DNA from: an uncultured Coriobacteriales bacterium
GTDB lineage: Bacteria > Actinomycetota > Coriobacteriia > Coriobacteriales > CAYVBA01
Assembly (NCBI GenBank): GCA_964448475.1
Contig: CAYVBA010000002.1
Span: forward strand, 1 to 53,466
Direction of reading: 5' to 3'
Length of the DNA: 53,466 nt
The notes beneath the pieces were generated by a model. The model was not told the DNA's origin. It saw only the letters and a list, made by a program, of their open reading frames with translations, and did not search any database. Shown here one piece after another: positions 1-10,979 of this stretch. Within the stretch, counting starts at the first letter, position 1; every line of letters begins with the position of its first letter. The position numbers and the translations under genes are program-made.

Positions 1-54
1 CTGCTCCATGTGAGCATCGGTGAAGTGGATGTCACGATCGATCAGACGAGGTGA
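1..54 (+). CDS. 3' end of an upstream CDS that runs off the window. Identity cannot be determined; mrdA/PBP2 often sits at this position upstream of rodA.
   Basis: Frame 1 is open from base 1 to TGA at 52-54. The stop overlaps the GTG start of the next gene (GTGA, 51-54), a typical coupling junction. Only 17 codons are visible. Confidence 0.3.
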   Translation: MLHVSIGEVDVTIDQTR

Positions 55-1253
55 GTGTCGTGGTTAAAGCATCAGCACAAGACGGCGCTTCACTGGACAA
101 TCGAAACACGCTGCTCAAGGGAATCCACATCCCCTTCGTGGTAACGCTCGCGTTCCTGATCGCATACGGGGTCACCGTCGTCTACTCGGCATCGCTCTCC
201 ATAGCTGACGCGTCCTGGACCCGTCAGCTTATCGGTGTGGCTATCGGCGCCGTAGCAGCCGTCGTGGCGTGGCGATTCGAGATCAAGCGGCTGGTCAACA
301 TGACCCGATTGCTTCTCGTCCTGGTGGTCTTACTCATGTTGGCGCCGTTGCTCCCCGGTATCGGTGTCGAAGCTCAAGGTCTCACCGGATGGGTGAGGAT
401 CCCGGGTATCCCGTTCAACTTCCAGCCGGCCGAGCTCGCTAAGATCGGGACGATACTGCTGATGGCCGCCCTCGTGTCGCAGTACAACGGGAAGATCACC
501 GACCTGAAGGAGTACTTGAAACTGCTCGGGGTGCTGGCAATCCCGTTCCTGCTCATCATGCTCCAGCCCGACCTGGGGACCGGTCTCATCATCCTCGTGC
601 TCGGTGCGACGATCATCGTCATGGGCGGCGCCAAGAAGGAATGGGTGCTCATCACGCTCGCCATCGTGGTCGCGCTCGTGGCGCTCGTGCTGATCACTGA
701 CCCTCTCATCGACGCACGGTTCGGTGATAGTCGATCGTTGTTGAAGCAGTACCAGATGAATCGACTGCTCGTGTTCGCCGATCCTTCGTTGGAGAACACG
801 GATGCCGGCTACAACCTGAAGCAATCCAAGATCGCCATCGGGTCGGGTGAGTTCCTCGGGAAGGGATTCGGCAACGCGTCGCAAGCGGGGGAGGGCTTCC
901 TTCCCGCTGCCCATACCGACTTTGTGTTCGCGCTGCTCTCCGAGCAGTTCGGCTTCGTGGGCGGTGTCGCTCTCCTCGTTCTGTTCTCGCTGCTCATCTT
1001 CTACGGATTCTCGATCGCATCAGCAGCAGGGACCCTCTTCGAGACGCTCACCGTGTTCGGCATCCTGGGGATGTGGCTCTTCCAGATACTGGAGAGCATC
1101 GGGATGTCCATGGGCCTCATGCCCATCACGGGTATCCCGCTCCCGTTCATCAGCTACGGACCATCATCCATGGTGGTACAGCTACTAGCCGCTGGAATCG
1201 TTCTTTCCGTCTGGAGAGGGCGCTCGCGCGTCAACAGAACCGTGAACGGGTAG
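51..1253 (+). CDS. rodA: SEDS-family (FtsW/RodA/SpoVE) peptidoglycan glycosyltransferase, probably RodA
   Basis: 400-aa polytopic membrane protein. It has the family signature region NLKQSKIAIGSGEFLGKGFG...GFLPAAHTDFVFALLSEQFGFVG and the C-terminal GLMPITGIPLPFISYG motif. Confidence 0.85.
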   Translation: MSVVVKASAQDGASLDNRNTLLKGIHIPFVVTLAFLIAYGVTVVYSASLSIADASWTRQLIGVAIGAVAAVVAWRFEIKRLVNMTRLLLVLVVLLMLAPLLPGIGVEAQGLTGWVRIPGIPFNFQPAELAKIGTILLMAALVSQYNGKITDLKEYLKLLGVLAIPFLLIMLQPDLGTGLIILVLGATIIVMGGAKKEWVLITLAIVVALVALVLITDPLIDARFGDSRSLLKQYQMNRLLVFADPSLENTDAGYNLKQSKIAIGSGEFLGKGFGNASQAGEGFLPAAHTDFVFALLSEQFGFVGGVALLVLFSLLIFYGFSIASAAGTLFETLTVFGILGMWLFQILESIGMSMGLMPITGIPLPFISYGPSSMVVQLLAAGIVLSVWRGRSRVNRTVNG

Positions 1254-1276
1254 GAACTACCGAACCAACAAGGAGG

Positions 1277-2332
1277 ATGATGCGGATGAATATCCCTTTC
1301 GATATCAAGGAACTTCTGGATACCGGTCGTGATACGGATGCTCGAAGGAAAGAGGAGATCCGGACAGCCGTGTTCGTGGATGAGTCAGCCGATCGTGCAC
1401 TGGTCGAGAAGATGCGGGAGTCGTTCACACCGCATCTGGCATCCGGCTTGCTCCACGTGAGCGTCTTCTCGGATGAGCTGCCGGTCGTGAGTACCGAGAG
1501 TGATATCGCCCTCATCGTGGCGGGATCGTCACCGATCATCGGTGAGCTCCATGAACGTCTCCGCCGTGCCGGCGTACCGGCGCGCACCGTCACCATGGAC
1601 ATGCCTGCACTGAAAGCCAGCACTCAGAGCGCGTACGTGCCTCTTTCGTTGGGTAACGTCATCACAGCCGACACGGTGGATGACATGCTGGAGATCGTGG
1701 CGCGCTGGATCCTCGAGGAGACCGACAAGGACCTCGCCTTCGCAGCCAACTACCCCTTCATCCGCCACGCCATGGCGCACAAGATCATGAACGACACCGC
1801 CAAGCAGAACGCCCTCGTCGGTGGCGTTGTGATGATCCCCGGTGCTGACATGCCCATCATGACGGCCAACCAGATGAAGATGCTGCTCCAGATCGCAGCT
1901 ACGTACGGCAAGCCCATGAACGCCGAGCGCCTGAAGGAGCTCGCAGCCATCGTGGGTGGCGGTTTCGCCCTGAGGACCGCAGCTCGCCAGGTCATCGGTC
2001 TCGTACCGGCACTCGGATGGGCGGTCAAAGCGGGAATCGGTTATACAGGCACCATGGCTATGGGTCGCGCAGCCATCGAGTACTTCGATCAAGGCGGCAA
2101 CCTGGACGGCCTCGGCAAGCTCATCTCGGATGTAGGCGCTGAGCTGGGCGAGAAGGCCGGGAACGTCAAGAACGCCGCTGGTGGAGCCACGAAGCGCATC
2201 AAGCTTCCCAAGCTGCGTCGCGATAAGAAGGGTGAACAGCCCGATCCGCTCGTGGCTGAGGACGTCAGCATGACGGATATCGTGATCTCACCGGCCCTCC
2301 TACCCGCCGGCGAGGAGAGGGAGCTCTCCTAA
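1277..2332 (+). CDS. Hypothetical protein with a DUF697-like C-terminal region and no P-loop in the N-terminal half
   Basis: The ORF-track entry 1073..2332 overlaps rodA by 180 nt. The in-frame ATGs at 1277/1280/1286 follow the SD AAGGAGG (1270-1276). The segment GGVVMIPGADMPIMTANQMKMLLQIAATYGKP...GGGFALRTAARQVIGLVP resembles DUF697 as I recall it. No GxxxxGK[ST] motif is visible. Confidence 0.6.
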   Translation: MMRMNIPFDIKELLDTGRDTDARRKEEIRTAVFVDESADRALVEKMRESFTPHLASGLLHVSVFSDELPVVSTESDIALIVAGSSPIIGELHERLRRAGVPARTVTMDMPALKASTQSAYVPLSLGNVITADTVDDMLEIVARWILEETDKDLAFAANYPFIRHAMAHKIMNDTAKQNALVGGVVMIPGADMPIMTANQMKMLLQIAATYGKPMNAERLKELAAIVGGGFALRTAARQVIGLVPALGWAVKAGIGYTGTMAMGRAAIEYFDQGGNLDGLGKLISDVGAELGEKAGNVKNAAGGATKRIKLPKLRRDKKGEQPDPLVAEDVSMTDIVISPALLPAGEERELS

Positions 2333-2333
2333 G

Positions 2334-4220
2334 TTGGGCGGACATACGACGGACGGCCGCGTCTCTCTCTGGGAACGGGTGGAACCGCTACTTCTCGATG
2401 TGGAGCGGCCTTCACGCTACATAGGAAGTGAGTTCGGAGCGCGCGACCCGGGAGATGCCTCTTTCAGGGTCGCTCTCGCGTATCCGGACACATATGAAGT
2501 GGGTCAGCCGAATCAAGGCCTCGCCATCCTGTACGACATCGTCAACAGGATGCCCGACGCGTCGGCCGAGCGCGTCTTCCTGCCGTGGAAGGACATGGCG
2601 GAAGCTCTCAGGAGGGAATCGATCCCACTCTTCGTCCTCGAATCCATGTCACCGGTGAAGGACGTCGACCTCCTCGGCATCACGGTTCCGCATGAACTCG
2701 CGGCTACGAACATCCTCGAGCTTCTCGACCTCTCAGGCATCCCCTTGAGGGCGGAGGATCGGGGCGAGAAGGACACGCTCGTCATCGGAGGCGGCCCTTC
2801 CATCTACAATCCCGAACCGTTCGCGCCGTTCTTCGACGCTGTCGTGATCGGTGACGGCGAGGAGGTCATCACGCGGATCGTCGAGGTTCTCACGGAAGCT
2901 CGCAACGAAGGTAGGACACGCGTCGAGAAGCTCGAGACTCTCGCGACCTTGACCGGTGTCTACGTACCGTCCTTCTACGGAACCACCGAGACTGCCGGCG
3001 TGTCCGTGGTGCAGCCGATCCACCCGGGCGCTCCGATGCCCGTAGAGCGTGCCATCCTCGAGGATCTGGAGTCCGTTCCAGCTCTCACCGAACCGGTGGT
3101 TCCGTACATGGACGTGGTCCATGATCGGCTCTCGGTGGAGATCATGCGGGGGTGTGCCAGAGGATGTCGGTTCTGCCAAGCGGGGATGACTTACCGGCCC
3201 ATCCGCGAGAGATCCGCTGACACGATCGTCACCGCCGCGACCGAGGGATTGAGGAGGACCGGATACGATGAAGTTTCGTTGATGTCGCTCTCGTCCACCG
3301 ATCACTCATGCATCGCACCGGTGCTCTCACGGTTGAACACCGTCCTCGAGGATTCGGGGAAGAACATCTCATTGCCCTCACAACGACTCGATTCATTCGG
3401 CGTGGAGATGGCTCAGCTCGTAGCCGGAGGTAAGAAAGGTGGCCTCACGTTCGCTCCCGAGGCAGGGTCACAGCGTCTCCGTGATGTAATCAACAAGAAC
3501 GTGACCGAGCAGGACCTGGTGGATGCGGCTCGCGCAGCGTTCGCCAACGGATGGATGCGTCTCAAGCTCTACTTCATGATCGGACTCCCAACGGAGACCG
3601 ACGAGGATGTCCTCGCCATAGCTGAACTCGTCAAGCGTGTGCTGGAAGTAGCGCGGGATGAGATCCCCGGGGACCGTCGCGGTGGTCTCATGGTATCGGT
3701 CTCAGTCGCCGTGTTCGTGCCCAAGTCCGTCACGCCGTTCCAATGGTTCGGCCAGATCCCCCACGATGAGGTCCTTCGAAGGGTCCGATTGCTCCAAGGT
3801 GCCATGCCCAAGCGCAACGTTCAGTTCAGGTATCACGATACGGGCACGTCACGGCTCGAGGCCGCGATCTCCAAGGCGGATCGACGGGGTGCTGACCTCA
3901 TCGAGATGGCATGGCGTGAAGGTGCTCGTTTCGACGCATGGAGTGATGAATTCGACTTCGATCGGTGGTCGCGTGCGGCAACCTCGATCGGTGTGGATCT
4001 GGATGAGTGGGCACAACGCTCGTTCGACGTGGATGGACCACTCCCGTGGGATCACATAGATGCCGGCGTGAGCCGAGCCTTCCTCGCGAGGGAATGGAAG
4101 CGGGCACTCGAAGCTCTGACGACCCCCGATTGCACGTTCGTGGGATGCACCGGATGCAGGCTCTGTCAGGATCGCGTCGTCGAGAACGTGTTAGCGGGTG
4201 AGCGTCATGGCGCCCGGTGA
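2334..4220 (+). CDS. Radical SAM protein, TIGR03960-like (B12-binding-like N-terminal region plus radical SAM core)
   Basis: TTG start one base after the upstream stop. CxxxCxxC motif CARGCRFC encoded at 3153-3176. N-terminal ERPSRYIGSEFG is typical of this family. There is an extra C-terminal Cys cluster, CTFVGCTGCRLC. The gene is followed by its usual DUF2344 partner. Confidence 0.85.
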   Translation: MGGHTTDGRVSLWERVEPLLLDVERPSRYIGSEFGARDPGDASFRVALAYPDTYEVGQPNQGLAILYDIVNRMPDASAERVFLPWKDMAEALRRESIPLFVLESMSPVKDVDLLGITVPHELAATNILELLDLSGIPLRAEDRGEKDTLVIGGGPSIYNPEPFAPFFDAVVIGDGEEVITRIVEVLTEARNEGRTRVEKLETLATLTGVYVPSFYGTTETAGVSVVQPIHPGAPMPVERAILEDLESVPALTEPVVPYMDVVHDRLSVEIMRGCARGCRFCQAGMTYRPIRERSADTIVTAATEGLRRTGYDEVSLMSLSSTDHSCIAPVLSRLNTVLEDSGKNISLPSQRLDSFGVEMAQLVAGGKKGGLTFAPEAGSQRLRDVINKNVTEQDLVDAARAAFANGWMRLKLYFMIGLPTETDEDVLAIAELVKRVLEVARDEIPGDRRGGLMVSVSVAVFVPKSVTPFQWFGQIPHDEVLRRVRLLQGAMPKRNVQFRYHDTGTSRLEAAISKADRRGADLIEMAWREGARFDAWSDEFDFDRWSRAATSIGVDLDEWAQRSFDVDGPLPWDHIDAGVSRAFLAREWKRALEALTTPDCTFVGCTGCRLCQDRVVENVLAGERHGAR

Positions 4221-4893
4221 ATTCAGACTCCGCGTACGCTATGCCAAGCGGGGGAGGCTCGCGTATCTGGCACACCTGGAACTCCTCGATGCCGTACAAC
4301 GCATGATCGTCAGGGCGGGACTGCCGTATGCCATAACCCAGGGCTTCTCGCCCCGGATGAAGATCGCGTTCTCATCAGCGCTCCCGGTAGGCACCGCTTC
4401 CGACGACGAATACGTGGACGTCACCTTGACGGCGTACGAGAAGGCCGAGGCCTACCGGGAGAGACTGCAGGCTGTATCGGGTGGGATAGAGGTTCTCGAA
4501 GCTGGATACGTTCCTGAGAAGGATCCGTCATTGGGAGCCGCACTCACGATCGGCGTATACGAAGCTGTGGTCACGACCGAGCTTCCCGTGGATGGGATCA
4601 CCGATCGGATCGATGCCGTTCGCGAGCGAGGCTACATCGAGTTCGAGCGTAAGAAGAAACTCAAGCGGACCGACCTCGCCAAGACGCTCGTGGACGTAGC
4701 GGCACCTGAGATTACCGATGACGGCCGCGTCCTGCTCCGCTTCACCACGCGAGCGCTTCCGGAGGGTTCACTCCGACCGGACCTGTTGATAGGCAGCATC
4801 TTCGATGGAAGCCCGTACCGGGTGTCGCTCACGCGACGCGCGCAGTACATCGAAGGAGATGACGGTTCATGGATACCTCCGCTGACCGCGTGA
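4198..4893 (+). CDS. TIGR03936/DUF2344-like radical-SAM-associated protein
   Basis: The N-terminus RLRVRYAKRGRLAYLAHLELLDAVQRMIVRAGLPYAITQGFSPRMKIAFSSALPVGTASDDEYVDVTL matches the family consensus as I recall it. The start is GTG 4198 or ATG 4207, and either overlaps the end of the rSAM gene. Confidence 0.8.
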   Translation: MSVMAPGEFRLRVRYAKRGRLAYLAHLELLDAVQRMIVRAGLPYAITQGFSPRMKIAFSSALPVGTASDDEYVDVTLTAYEKAEAYRERLQAVSGGIEVLEAGYVPEKDPSLGAALTIGVYEAVVTTELPVDGITDRIDAVRERGYIEFERKKKLKRTDLAKTLVDVAAPEITDDGRVLLRFTTRALPEGSLRPDLLIGSIFDGSPYRVSLTRRAQYIEGDDGSWIPPLTA

Positions 4894-5807
4894 ATCTCGA
4901 GATCTTCCTCGGGACGGTGATCTCGGTCGACGCGAGCGGCCACGTATTCGTGGATGTGGGGGATCATGAGGTCTTCCTCGATGTGAATCGCGCGACCGCG
5001 GCAACGCTGGATCCGGGTCGTCCCACCATCGTCCAGACGACGCGCCGGAACATCCCTCCGAAGCGCGATAAAGCCACCTCTTCCATAGAGATCGTGAGCG
5101 AGGATATCGTCATCGTGATTGACGGCACGAAGTCGGTTCGGAAGTGGTTCTCTCCACCGGTCGAGCTCAGGACTTCCAAGCGTATCGAGGCCGATCGAGC
5201 TGCTGAGCTCCATCGGATCACCGGATCCCGTATCGAGGAGCTCGACACCCTCACAGCTCCCATCACGGTCATCTTCCGTACGAGCGCTGCTCGACTGGGC
5301 GAGAAGGACGTGATCGCTCGGATCGACGCCGGTATCGCTACGGTCGAACGGCTTCTCGCCGATGCACGGGCTATGAGTGGGCCCGGGCTCCTGAGGGATG
5401 AAGCCGATACCGACGCCGATGTGGATGTGTCCGAGCATGAGGGAGAGTGGCCGCTTCCCTCGGGAGGCCGTATCACCATCGAACGCACACGAGCGTTCTG
5501 GGCAGTTGATGTGGATACCGCGACGGCAGGGGCAGCTCGCGCAGCGCGGGACGCCACCAACGCCGAAGCGATCGATCGTGTCACCGAACTCATCATAAGC
5601 GGTGACCTCTGCGGTCTCATGGTCATCGACCTGGCCGGATCCGATCCTGGAAGCACGAGAGATCTCGCGGAGAGGTTGCGCTCGGACCTTCTCGCCACCC
5701 ACGAACCGACGGCCGTCCACGAGATAGCTGATATAGGTGTGATAGCTGTGACGAGACGCTGCTCATGGCCTAAGTTGGTATTTGACGCGCCCCCAGCGAG
5801 CTGGTAG
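4869..5807 (+). CDS. Short, divergent Rne/Rng (RNase E/G) family protein
   Basis: ATG 4869 lies 10 nt after the SD AAGGAG (4853-4858). An alternative GTG at 4890 forms a GTGA overlap with the upstream stop. S1-like FLGTVISVDASGHVFVDVG...TIVQTTR, DNase-I-like core TRAFWAVDVDTA and GLMVIDLAG, then IGVIAVTRR. It is only 312 aa (see findings). Confidence 0.65.
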   Translation: MDTSADRVNLEIFLGTVISVDASGHVFVDVGDHEVFLDVNRATAATLDPGRPTIVQTTRRNIPPKRDKATSSIEIVSEDIVIVIDGTKSVRKWFSPPVELRTSKRIEADRAAELHRITGSRIEELDTLTAPITVIFRTSAARLGEKDVIARIDAGIATVERLLADARAMSGPGLLRDEADTDADVDVSEHEGEWPLPSGGRITIERTRAFWAVDVDTATAGAARAARDATNAEAIDRVTELIISGDLCGLMVIDLAGSDPGSTRDLAERLRSDLLATHEPTAVHEIADIGVIAVTRRCSWPKLVFDAPPASW

Positions 5808-5810
5808 CAT
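5782..5810 (+). promoter_or_regulatory. Candidate sigma-70-type promoter for rplU-rpmA
   Basis: TTGACG (5782-5787), a 17-nt spacer, then TAGCAT (5805-5810), about 40 nt upstream of the rplU ATG. It lies inside the last codons of the RNase E/G-like ORF. Confidence 0.45.
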
Positions 5811-5850
5811 ACCACTTTGCATTTCATCACCATTCGAAGGGTAAATCCAA

Positions 5851-6225
5851 ATGTACGCAATCGTTTCAACCGGTGGTAAGCAGTACAAGGTCGCCGTCGA
5901 TGACGTCATCGAGGTCGAGACGCTCGCTGGTGAGCCCGGTGACAAGGTCGAGCTCGAGGCGCTCTTCCTGAATGATGGCAAGAAGATCATCACCGATGCG
6001 GATGAACTCGCCAAGGTGAAGGTATCCGGTGAGATCGTCGACCATCATCGTGGAACCAAGCAGATCGTCTTTAAGTTCAAGAAGCGCAAGAACTACAAGC
6101 GCACGCTTGGTCACCGCCAGAACCTCACCAACGTGAAGATCACTTCGATCGAGGGACCGAAGAAGTCCAAGAAGGCCGAGAAGGTCGAGAAGGACGAGGC
6201 TCCCGTAGAAGCAGCAGCCGAGTAG
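5851..6225 (+). CDS. rplU: 50S ribosomal protein L21 (with a Lys/Glu-rich C-terminal tail)
   Basis: N-terminus MYAIVSTGGKQYKV and the body ...HHRGTKQIVFKFKKRKNYKRTLGHRQ are canonical L21. Confidence 0.95.
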   Translation: MYAIVSTGGKQYKVAVDDVIEVETLAGEPGDKVELEALFLNDGKKIITDADELAKVKVSGEIVDHHRGTKQIVFKFKKRKNYKRTLGHRQNLTNVKITSIEGPKKSKKAEKVEKDEAPVEAAAE

Positions 6226-6244
6226 AAGTTAGGCAGGTACTGAA

Positions 6245-6496
6245 ATGGCACACAAGAAAGGACTCGGCTCTTCCAGGAACGGCCGGGATTCACACGCAAA
6301 GCGTCTGGGCGTCAAGCGTTTCGCAGGCGAGACCGTGACCACGGGCAGCATCCTCGTGCGTCAGCGCGGCACCCGTATCCATCCGGGTGAGAACGTCGGC
6401 CGCGGTAAGGACGACACCCTCTTCGCACTCGCTGACGGTACCGTGGAGTTCACACGCGGCACCAAGCGTCGCGTACACATCGTACCAGCGCAGTAG
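6245..6496 (+). CDS. rpmA: 50S ribosomal protein L27
   Basis: [29 protein letters not shown]...[20 protein letters not shown] is canonical L27. It starts directly at the mature N-terminus, with no Prp-cleaved propeptide. Confidence 0.95.
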   Translation: MAHKKGLGSSRNGRDSHAKRLGVKRFAGETVTTGSILVRQRGTRIHPGENVGRGKDDTLFALADGTVEFTRGTKRRVHIVPAQ

Positions 6497-6526
6497 CTGA
6501 GACTCTTTTCCAGGAGCTCCATGCAA

Positions 6527-6549
6527 GCCCCCTGTACCAGGGGGCTTTT
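6527..6549 (+). terminator. Rho-independent terminator after rpmA
   Basis: Perfect 8-bp GC-rich stem GCCCCCTG (6527-6534) / CAGGGGGC (6538-6545), 3-nt loop, followed by TTTT (6546-6549). Confidence 0.75.
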
Positions 6550-6566
6550 GCTGTATTGTGATGTGA

Positions 6567-9069
<2,503 letters not shown>

Positions 9070-9081
9070 GGAGTGATGACC

Positions 9082-10335
9082 ATGTCCGAAGCTCTGAGTA
9101 AGGCAGCGCGTGCTCGTGAGATCGCGTCTTCTTCGCACACGTCGCCTCATGCGGCTCGGGTTGAGGCACTCGAGGCTATAGCGAAGGCTCTCAGGAGTGA
9201 TGTCGAGCCCATCCTCGCTGCCAATGCGGAGGATGTGGCGGAGGCACGCCGGGTAGGTACGCCCGAGGCTCTCGTGGATCGTCTCACGCTCACGGAAGAG
9301 CGACTGTCATCGATCGCTGATGCTGCGGCAGCCATCGCCCGGCAGCCCGATCCGCTCGGAGAGATCGAGAGCGGGCGCACGCTCGCGGACGGTATCCGCA
9401 TCCAACGCGTGAGGGTGCCGCTCGGGGTCGTAGGCATGATCTACGAGTCCCGTCCCAACGTGACCGTGGATGCCGCATGCCTTGCCCTCAAGACGGGCAA
9501 CGTGCTCATCCTCAGAGGTGGATCCTCCGCGCTCCGCACCAATACGCGCCTCATGGAATCCATGCGTTCCGCGCTGTCATCCGTGGGTCTCGAGCCCGAT
9601 CTGATCCAACTCATAGAATCGACCGACCGCGCGGAGACGCGTGACCTCATGAAGGCGACCGGCCTCGTCGACGTGCTCATCCCGCGCGGTGGAGCTTCGC
9701 TCATCTCGACCGTCGTGACCGAATCCACGGTTCCCGTCATAGAGACCGGTACCGGTAACTGCCACATCTACATCGAGAAGACCGCTGACCCCTCCACCAT
9801 CACCCCGATCGTCATGAACGCCAAGACGCAGCGTCCCGGCGTGTGCAACGCCGTGGAGACACTCCTCGTGGATGACGCTGTCGCAGCCGAGGTCCTGCCC
9901 GAGCTCTCGCACGAGCTCCTCGAGGCCGGAGTCGAGCTGCGGGGCGATGAACGGGTTCGTGGGATCCTGGCGGGCGAGAATATCGTGGCTGCCACGGAAG
10001 AGGATTGGGAGACCGAGTTCCTCGACCTGATCCTCGCGATCCGCGTGGTCGACGGCGTCGATGAAGCCATCGCGCACATCAACACGTACGGCACGGGGCA
10101 TTCCGAGTCGATCCTCACGTCGAATTACACGGCATCGGAGCGCTTCCTCGATCGCGTGGATGCAGCTGCCGTGTACGTGAACGCATCCACCCGTTTCACC
10201 GATGGTGAGGTATTCGGATTGGGAGCGGAGATCGGGATCTCCACGCAACGACTGCACGCGCGCGGACCCATGGGAGCCGAAGCGCTCACCACCACGAAAT
10301 ATCTCTGCAGGGGAGATGGGCAGGTCAGGAATTGA
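9082..10335 (+). CDS. proA: Glutamate-5-semialdehyde dehydrogenase (gamma-glutamyl phosphate reductase)
   Basis: Aldehyde-dehydrogenase-type protein with NAKTQRPGVCNAVETLLV and HINTYGTGHSESI. ATG 9082 sits 8 nt after the SD AAGGAG (9068-9073). The ORF-track start at 9073 would overlap the SD. Confidence 0.9.
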   Translation: MSEALSKAARAREIASSSHTSPHAARVEALEAIAKALRSDVEPILAANAEDVAEARRVGTPEALVDRLTLTEERLSSIADAAAAIARQPDPLGEIESGRTLADGIRIQRVRVPLGVVGMIYESRPNVTVDAACLALKTGNVLILRGGSSALRTNTRLMESMRSALSSVGLEPDLIQLIESTDRAETRDLMKATGLVDVLIPRGGASLISTVVTESTVPVIETGTGNCHIYIEKTADPSTITPIVMNAKTQRPGVCNAVETLLVDDAVAAEVLPELSHELLEAGVELRGDERVRGILAGENIVAATEEDWETEFLDLILAIRVVDGVDEAIAHINTYGTGHSESILTSNYTASERFLDRVDAAAVYVNASTRFTDGEVFGLGAEIGISTQRLHARGPMGAEALTTTKYLCRGDGQVRN

Positions 10336-10979
10336 TCGAGATACCACTCATCGAGCGCGCTCGCCAGGAGCCTGAGACCACGTTCCATCTGGGCATCATG
10401 GGCGGCACCTTCGACCCGATCCACTTCGGGCACCTCGTCACGGCCGAGCAAGCCCGTGAAGCGTTCCATCTGGACGAGGTCCTCTTCATGCCCACCAACG
10501 ATCCCATCCGTAAGCAGGGTAAGCAGGTCACCCCAGCTCGCACCCGTCTCGAGATGGTGGAGTTGGCGGTCCGCTCGAACTCGTTCTTCTCGTCCAGTGA
10601 CCTGGAGATCGCACGAGGCGGAGTCACCTACACGGTGGATACGCTCGACGAACTCCGTGATCTCTATCCCGACAACGTGGTGTTCTACTTCATAACCGGC
10701 GCGGACGCCGTACTGGACATCCTCACGTGGCGCGATGCGTCCCGGATCGCCAGTACGGCCGTACTCATCGGGGCTACGAGACCCGGATACGACCTGGAGT
10801 CGGCTCGCAAGCAGCATGAGGCGTCAGGTTTCCGGTTCGACGTGCGGTATCTCGAGATCCCTGCGCTGGCAATCTCCTCGACGGATCTGCGTACGCGCGT
10901 CTCGCAAGGGAAGTCCATCAGATATCTGACACCCGGGATCGTGCTCGAATTCATACGTGAGGAGGGCCTGTACCGATGA
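10332..10979 (+). CDS. nadD: Nicotinate-nucleotide adenylyltransferase
   Basis: GIMGGTFDPIHFGHL (the (H/T)xGH motif) and the C-terminal ISSTDLR motif. The TTG start overlaps the proA stop. Confidence 0.85.
   Translation: MIEIPLIERARQEPETTFHLGIMGGTFDPIHFGHLVTAEQAREAFHLDEVLFMPTNDPIRKQGKQVTPARTRLEMVELAVRSNSFFSSSDLEIARGGVTYTVDTLDELRDLYPDNVVFYFITGADAVLDILTWRDASRIASTAVLIGATRPGYDLESARKQHEASGFRFDVRYLEIPALAISSTDLRTRVSQGKSIRYLTPGIVLEFIREEGLYR

Noticed and set aside
1073-1276. N-terminal extensions in the ORF track that overlap the preceding gene: starts at 1073, 14365, 15672, 16189, 27061, 27620, 37487, 48396 and 51896, and 44373 and 13523 on the minus strand.
   Set aside because: In each case an internal start with an SD motif, or a stop/start overlap junction, gives an N-terminus that matches the family. 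The extension is Arg/Pro-rich out-of-context sequence inside the upstream gene or regulatory region.
6245-6496. Absence of the Prp (YsxB) protease gene between rplU and rpmA.
   Set aside because: L27 here begins MAHKKG with no N-terminal propeptide, so no Prp is needed. This is consistent with non-Firmicute lineages.
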